NCBI GenBank assembly: GCA_020891255.1
Contig: BQFW01000001.1
Span: 1,302,001-1,366,000, forward strand
DNA length: 64,000 nt
Direction: 5' to 3'
Source of the DNA: Entomortierella parvispora E1425
Lineage: Eukaryota; Fungi; Mortierellomycota
In this document: piece after piece, positions 59,153 to 64,000 of the stretch
How the letters are laid out: the number at the start of each line of letters is the position of its first letter
Numbering within the stretch: the first letter of the stretch is position 1
Translations under genes and position numbers: made by a program
The notes under the pieces: model-generated
The model's input: the letters and a program-made list of their open reading frames with translations, nothing else
The model's database searches: none
Told to the model about the DNA's origin: nothing

Positions 59153-61027
59153 TTAATTATAATGACGTGAGGATTTGGAAGGCTGTTCAAGAGTGTAGGC
59201 CCATTGCTGTCCCAAAATCTTGGCCGCCTCCCGTCGACCTGTCAACAATGCTCCATGGACACTTGCGAAATGGTGAACGGAGGTATGTTCTCCCGCAAAG
59301 AACAACCTTCCATTCTCTGGATCGTCTACTGCCACGGTATTGCCACCCTTGGAATTTTGTTCCACATTGTCTGCATCCTCTTGTTCTTGTCCTTGTTCTT
59401 GTTCTTGTGGGTCGTGTTCAAAATCGTCATCGTCTCCTCCAGTCAACTGATCATAGGTTCTTGCTCCAACAGGGGTTTCAAATGACCCCAAGTCCTCAGG
59501 ACTGGCCCCCACAGGGATACTGGTATAACTTCCGTAGGCGAATCGATCCTGGTTCCATGCCGACATGAACGACACCTTTGGCCAAAACTCTTTTCGGATT
59601 CTTTCCTTCTCCTGCCTGTTTTTCATATCCTCGGCCACGAGGACATCTCTGAAATAATGGGCCAATTGACAGAGGTACACCATCCTGGCCTCCTCGTCCG
59701 AGAGCCGCTCCATCAGTTCTGCAGCTCTGTTGGTGGCATATCCGATCAGAATCGGCTCCTGGCAGACGGGCATCAAAGACGAGTAGTTGGCCATGTCCGC
59801 CATGTATGTCGTCAATGCCTTCACTTGTCTTGCATTCAACTCAAAGTACGAGACCAATTCTGGGTCCACCTGAGCAGTGTGGGCAGAAGGCAGGAAGTTG
59901 ATAAAGTGCTTGTCATCAGGCCAGAAGCACGTTGGGAAGAAGAGAATGATCTTGTACATGGTGCCGAATCCGAGTTTTTCAATGGCATGTTGTTTTGAGG
60001 CAGGCAGGGCAGGCGAAAAGACGACAGATTGGGCCTTGAGAACGCCCAAAGGCAAGGTAACGAGGACAGAGTCGGCCGTAAAGTGTCCCTGGCTGGTCGT
60101 TACTTTGACATTCGAGTCTAAAAGAGAGTCTGGGTGAGTTATTCGAGGATTCTGAAAAATTAAAAGTGATTTCCGCAATTATTGTTGTTTTACCATTGTA
60201 CTCGATCTTTTCGACGACATGCTCCAACAAGACTTGAACGCCCTTCAAACCTTGTGTCAAGGCCTTGATCACACGGTCGTATCCATTGGTCACCAATGAG
60301 TGGTCGCCCTCAAAGATCTTTTCTGCGTCCATGTACTTCATGGCCACCTTGTCCAAAGGAATCGCATTCTCGTCGGCCCAGTACATGGACAGTCCAGGGA
60401 CCACCACCCTTTTCATCTCCTCGTCCAGGTCAACTCGCTTGTCCAGGTATTCCTTCAGCCACTGCTTGAACGACAAGTCCTCTGGAATAGAATCCCGATG
60501 TTTCGCTGCGTACTCCTGTGCTTCATCGAAAATCTTCCAAACAACCTCCCAATAGTGGTTACTATCTTCTTCTGAAAGGGGAGCCTGACCGGGCTGCAAA
60601 AACATGACGTCGGAATCAGTGTGGACATATTCGACATGTCCAGCCTCGGCAAGAGCGACCAATGGGTTGGAAGGGTCGACGCCGTGGATCCAGGAGGCAC
60701 CAAAGTCAAAAGCAATAGAGGCCGCCTTAGAGGAAAGGGGAAGTTGCTGGGATTTAGAGGGGGTGATGAGGTTGCGGTGGGTGACGATACGTCCGCCAAG
60801 GCGATCCCGAGCTTCAAGAAGAGTAACATGCGTATCGGGGTCCTTGGCAAGCTCCTGGGCTAAAGATATGAAAGAGATGGAGGGGGGTCAGAAAAAGGGA
60901 CATCTGAAATTTTTTTGGTGGCAAAAACAAAAAATGATTTTTTTTAGCTTTGAAGATGAGCCTCACCTGCGCCGAGTCCAGCAATGCCTCCGCCAATGAT
61001 GATGACATTTCGTTTCTGGATGGTCAT
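59153..61027 (-). CDS. Flavin-dependent amine oxidase (polyamine oxidase/Fms1-like); three exons
   Basis: NVIIIGGGIAGLGA, LLEARDRLGGR, GASWIHG, VTNGYDRVI, DSVLVTLPLGVLK, LGFGTMYKIIL, W..D.FAYGSYT, RLFFAGEHT...SVHGALLTGRREA. Confidence 0.9.
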
Positions 61028-61744
61028 TGTTGTAGGGAATGAGAGAAAAACAATGAAGAGATTGAGATTGAGTTGAATGTGGCAAGATGAGAGACAAAGG
61101 GGGAAGGAATAGGCAGCTGTGTGACTTTGTGGACACTGAAAAAAAAAGTGAGCTGCTGTTCCGTGTGTCTCAAGTGAGTTTTTTTTTCACTTTTCGTTTG
61201 TGTACCGCCAATGCATGGTCCACCAAGGCCATTGACGGTTGCATGATACGTCGGCTCCATAGACGGTCGCGTCTGACAATGGCAACACGCCGTCTTTGAT
61301 GGCCTATCGTACTGTAGGGGAATGATTTAGCCGCGAAGGTAGATCGACAACAAAAATGGCCCTGTTGGAAGGTGTTGGGCGCCCATCTGTGCCACGCGAG
61401 ATGGCCCGATCAAAGGGGCGACACCGTTGCCGTGGGAGTGCACAGATGAAGAACATTATCAGATGGTGCTCATCCTAGAAGATTTGCTCGCCTTCTCGAC
61501 TGTCTCTCCTGTCATCTGCTGTCCTTGTTGGTTGATCTCCATTGTCAGACCAGCTCATTGGCTCATTTGCCTCATTGTCGCATGATGACCCCGCCAACAG
61601 AAACGGACCCTCAATTATTATTTTTTTTTTCTTTCTTTCTTTCATTCCTCATTTCGAATCTCATTCCCCTGCTCTGCTCATTCCCCTTTTTTCTCTTTGT
61701 CTTACTGTTGTTCAACACCACTACTTGCACCTACTTAATCCAGC

Positions 61745-63083
61745 ATGCCTATGCCAACCATCAATGCCGCCATAGCTGCCCAAGGGACTCAAACAACATT
61801 TGTCTCCTCTTCAGAGCAGCAAACTGTCTCCAACGTTCCTCAGGACTACCTGGGCGCCTCTCCTATCATCTACGGCACCTCTGCGTTTGCTCAGCTCTAC
61901 AACCCTATTGAGGCCCACTGGCCCGCAGAGGCCTGTGCCCGCGCCATTGATCTTGGCATCAACACCTTCGATACCTCGCCTTACTATGGCAACTCTGAAG
62001 AAGTTCTTGGGAATGCTTTGAAGGCCATCCAGGCCACACACCCAAGAAGCACGTATTACCTGTCCACCAAGATCGGGCGATATGGACCCAAGAAGGCTGA
62101 TTTTGACTACTCCAAGGAGCGGGTTCGAAAATCGGTTGAGACAAGCATGCAACGGATGGGAACTGATTACTTGGACGTGGTCTTTGCACACGATGTCGAG
62201 TTTGTGTCTGTAGAGTCTGCTGTTGAGGCCGTGGGCGAGTTGTTCCGTTTGAAGGTAAATGAAAAAAGAATGACTTCATGACCCGCCCTCCCCCGCAGCC
62301 AGGAGAGATGTCTGACCCCATTTTTTTTGTGTCTGTTTGTCTTCATTGTGACAGGCGGAAGGCAAGATCAAGCACGTTGGCATCAGTGGTACGACAACCA
62401 GCGTGGATTGTGCTTGTTTTTTTTTGCAAGGCCAACCGTTTTTTTTTTTTTTGTTTTTTTGCGCCGCAAACTTGATCTCTGTCACTGTTACCGAGAACCT
62501 TCCTGTCTCTAACGTTGATTCCTTCTTTCTCATTTCTCTAGGCTACCCTTTACCCTACTTGCTGGCTTTGATCCCTATTCTCCACAGTCGGCATGGACAA
62601 AAGCTGGATATCCTCCTGACGTACTGCCACTACAACCTCCACAACACCCTTCTTCAGGATTACGTTGCTCAGTTCAAGGACATGGGAATTCAGACTGTAT
62701 GGAACGCCTCTCCTCTTTCCATGGGTCTCCTTCGCTCCTTCACACCTGCCCCTGCATGGCACCCAGCCCCTCCATTGCTGCATTCGGCCGTTGAGGACTG
62801 CATCCAAATCATCAAAAAGAACTCACCTAGCAAGGATCTGGCCGAGGTCGCCGTCAAGTTTGCCATGAAGTGGGAGGGTTGCGAGGGCCTTGTCCTCGGC
62901 ATGTCCAATGCCGTGGAGGTCGAACAAAACATTCGTTGGTGGAACGAAACCCGACAGTCGGCACAAAGGACACCTCAGAACGAGGAGGAGACCCCAGAGG
63001 AGAGGGATGAGAGGCTGGTCAAAACAAGACTGGAGGGATTTACAAAGTTGGAATGGGCTTCGCCACCAATGGACGACTGCTAG
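61745..63083 (+). CDS. ARA2: Aldo-keto reductase, D-arabinose 1-dehydrogenase (ARA2)/L-galactose dehydrogenase-like; three exons
   Basis: GINTFDTSPYYGNSEEVLG, YLSTKIGRYG, FDYSKERVRKSV...GTDYLDVVFAHDVEF, GKIKHVGISG|YPL, WNASPLSMGLL. Confidence 0.82.
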
Positions 63084-63332
63084 CTACTTTATTCACTCAT
63101 AAAATCGAATATACAACATTTTAAAGCGCTAGGGACAGAATATACAGACAGCTATTTACAGATCAAATCGTTTGGAGATAATGGCAAAGAGATTGCGGTA
63201 ATGATACGAGAAGGATTGGCCCCTGCAGACATCTGCTTATTCTTTCGAGAATCTACTTTACCAGAGGCGAAAAGGAACAAATGTTAGCAGCTCAAACAAC
63301 ATAGATTGTACCCACCAGCCCATTCGACCTTA

Positions 63333-64000
63333 CTATTCATGCATAAAAATATCCCCGTCCTTGTCCATCTGTGGTGCATCCTTCGGCTCCGAAGGCACGC
63401 CATATGAAAACGGCTCGCTAAAGCCGAATGAGGCAGTTGATGCCAATCCTGATCCAAAGCCATGGGTATTGCTCGTCGAGCCACCTTTGCCAAATCCGTG
63501 GAATCCTACAGAGTTAGACATTCCCGATGTTGGCAATGATGACCCAAATGCCCCGACAGCCGCCACCGTTCCGATGCTCCTGTCTGCTTGGGGCCCTGCT
63601 CTTGGCATCCATGGTACATCCAACCGCCCCTGGGAGTGTTCAAAGTAGTGGGGCGCTCCCTGAGAAAAAGTGGCAGCAGACTTGGTTTCTGCAACAGGCC
63701 TCAGCCCCAGCGGCGTATGTACCGTCCTTTCAAAAGCGGAAACAGACCTTTGTTCTGGTCTCATAGAAAAAGTTTGCCCGTGAGTAAAAGTAGTTGGTTC
63801 GGCTGAAATGGATGAATCAGCCAAATGTTCTGAGGATGACTTACGCAATTCCGGCGGTCCTATGAACGACCCGGCTGGCGCTGGTGCGGTGGGTGGCCTC
63901 CAGTTCGTAAAGTCAAGGGCATGCGTTGAAAGTAAGGAGAGTGGTGTAGATGGCTTAGAGCCACCCCAAAGAAAAGACTTTGGAATCACATCTGATGGTG
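63333..64000 (-). CDS. 3' end of an unidentified protein (low-complexity, G/F/S-rich tail); continues beyond window
   Basis: Open frame of at least 218 codons running to the window edge with a protein-like composition; no recognisable domain in view. Confidence 0.6.
   Translation of the reverse strand, partial: PSDVIPKSFLWGGSKPSTPLSLLSTHALDFTNWRPPTAPAPAGSFIGPPELRKSSSEHLADSSISAEPTTFTHGQTFSMRPEQRSVSAFERTVHTPLGLRPVAETKSAATFSQGAPHYFEHSQGRLDVPWMPRAGPQADRSIGTVAAVGAFGSSLPTSGMSNSVGFHGFGKGGSTSNTHGFGSGLASTASFGFSEPFSYGVPSEPKDAPQMDKDGDIFMHE

Noticed and set aside
1-64000. tRNA, rRNA, snoRNA or intact transposable element
   Set aside because: No cloverleaf, rRNA-like segment, convincing C/D box pair, RT/transposase ORF, LTR or TIR pair was recognisable by eye. 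Infernal/RepeatMasker runs would be needed to exclude them.

Overview
Intron-rich, microsatellite-rich fungal genomic DNA, most likely an early-diverging fungus of the Mortierellaceae (inferred from gene style and expanded F-box families, not proven). About 25 protein-coding loci can be assembled by hand from the ORF track plus splice signals. In order: UBX/FAF2-like (partial), RPB11, proteasome alpha-3 (PRE9), a giant (~2,290 aa) Zn2Cys6 transcription factor, a TRI101/AYT1-type O-acetyltransferase, a class-3 (fatty) aldehyde dehydrogenase, a velvet-domain regulator, PMT4, aspartyl aminopeptidase, REI1, an F-box/LRR-like gene, a CREG-like protein, a tandem array of five intronless F-box + C4 zinc-finger/XPA-like genes (one a frameshifted pseudogene), a fatty acyl-CoA reductase, an FBXL gene, a stand-alone ET/NET-domain protein, a USP-domain protein, a polyamine-oxidase-like flavoprotein, an ARA2-like aldo-keto reductase, and a partial unknown gene. 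No rRNA, tRNA, CRISPR array or intact transposon was seen. The most novel-looking items are the F-box/XPA-like array, the TRI101-like gene and the bromodomain-less ET protein. Several unusual splicing features also stand out: a start codon split by an intron in PMT4, a GC-AG intron in the velvet gene, and an 8-nt first coding exon.
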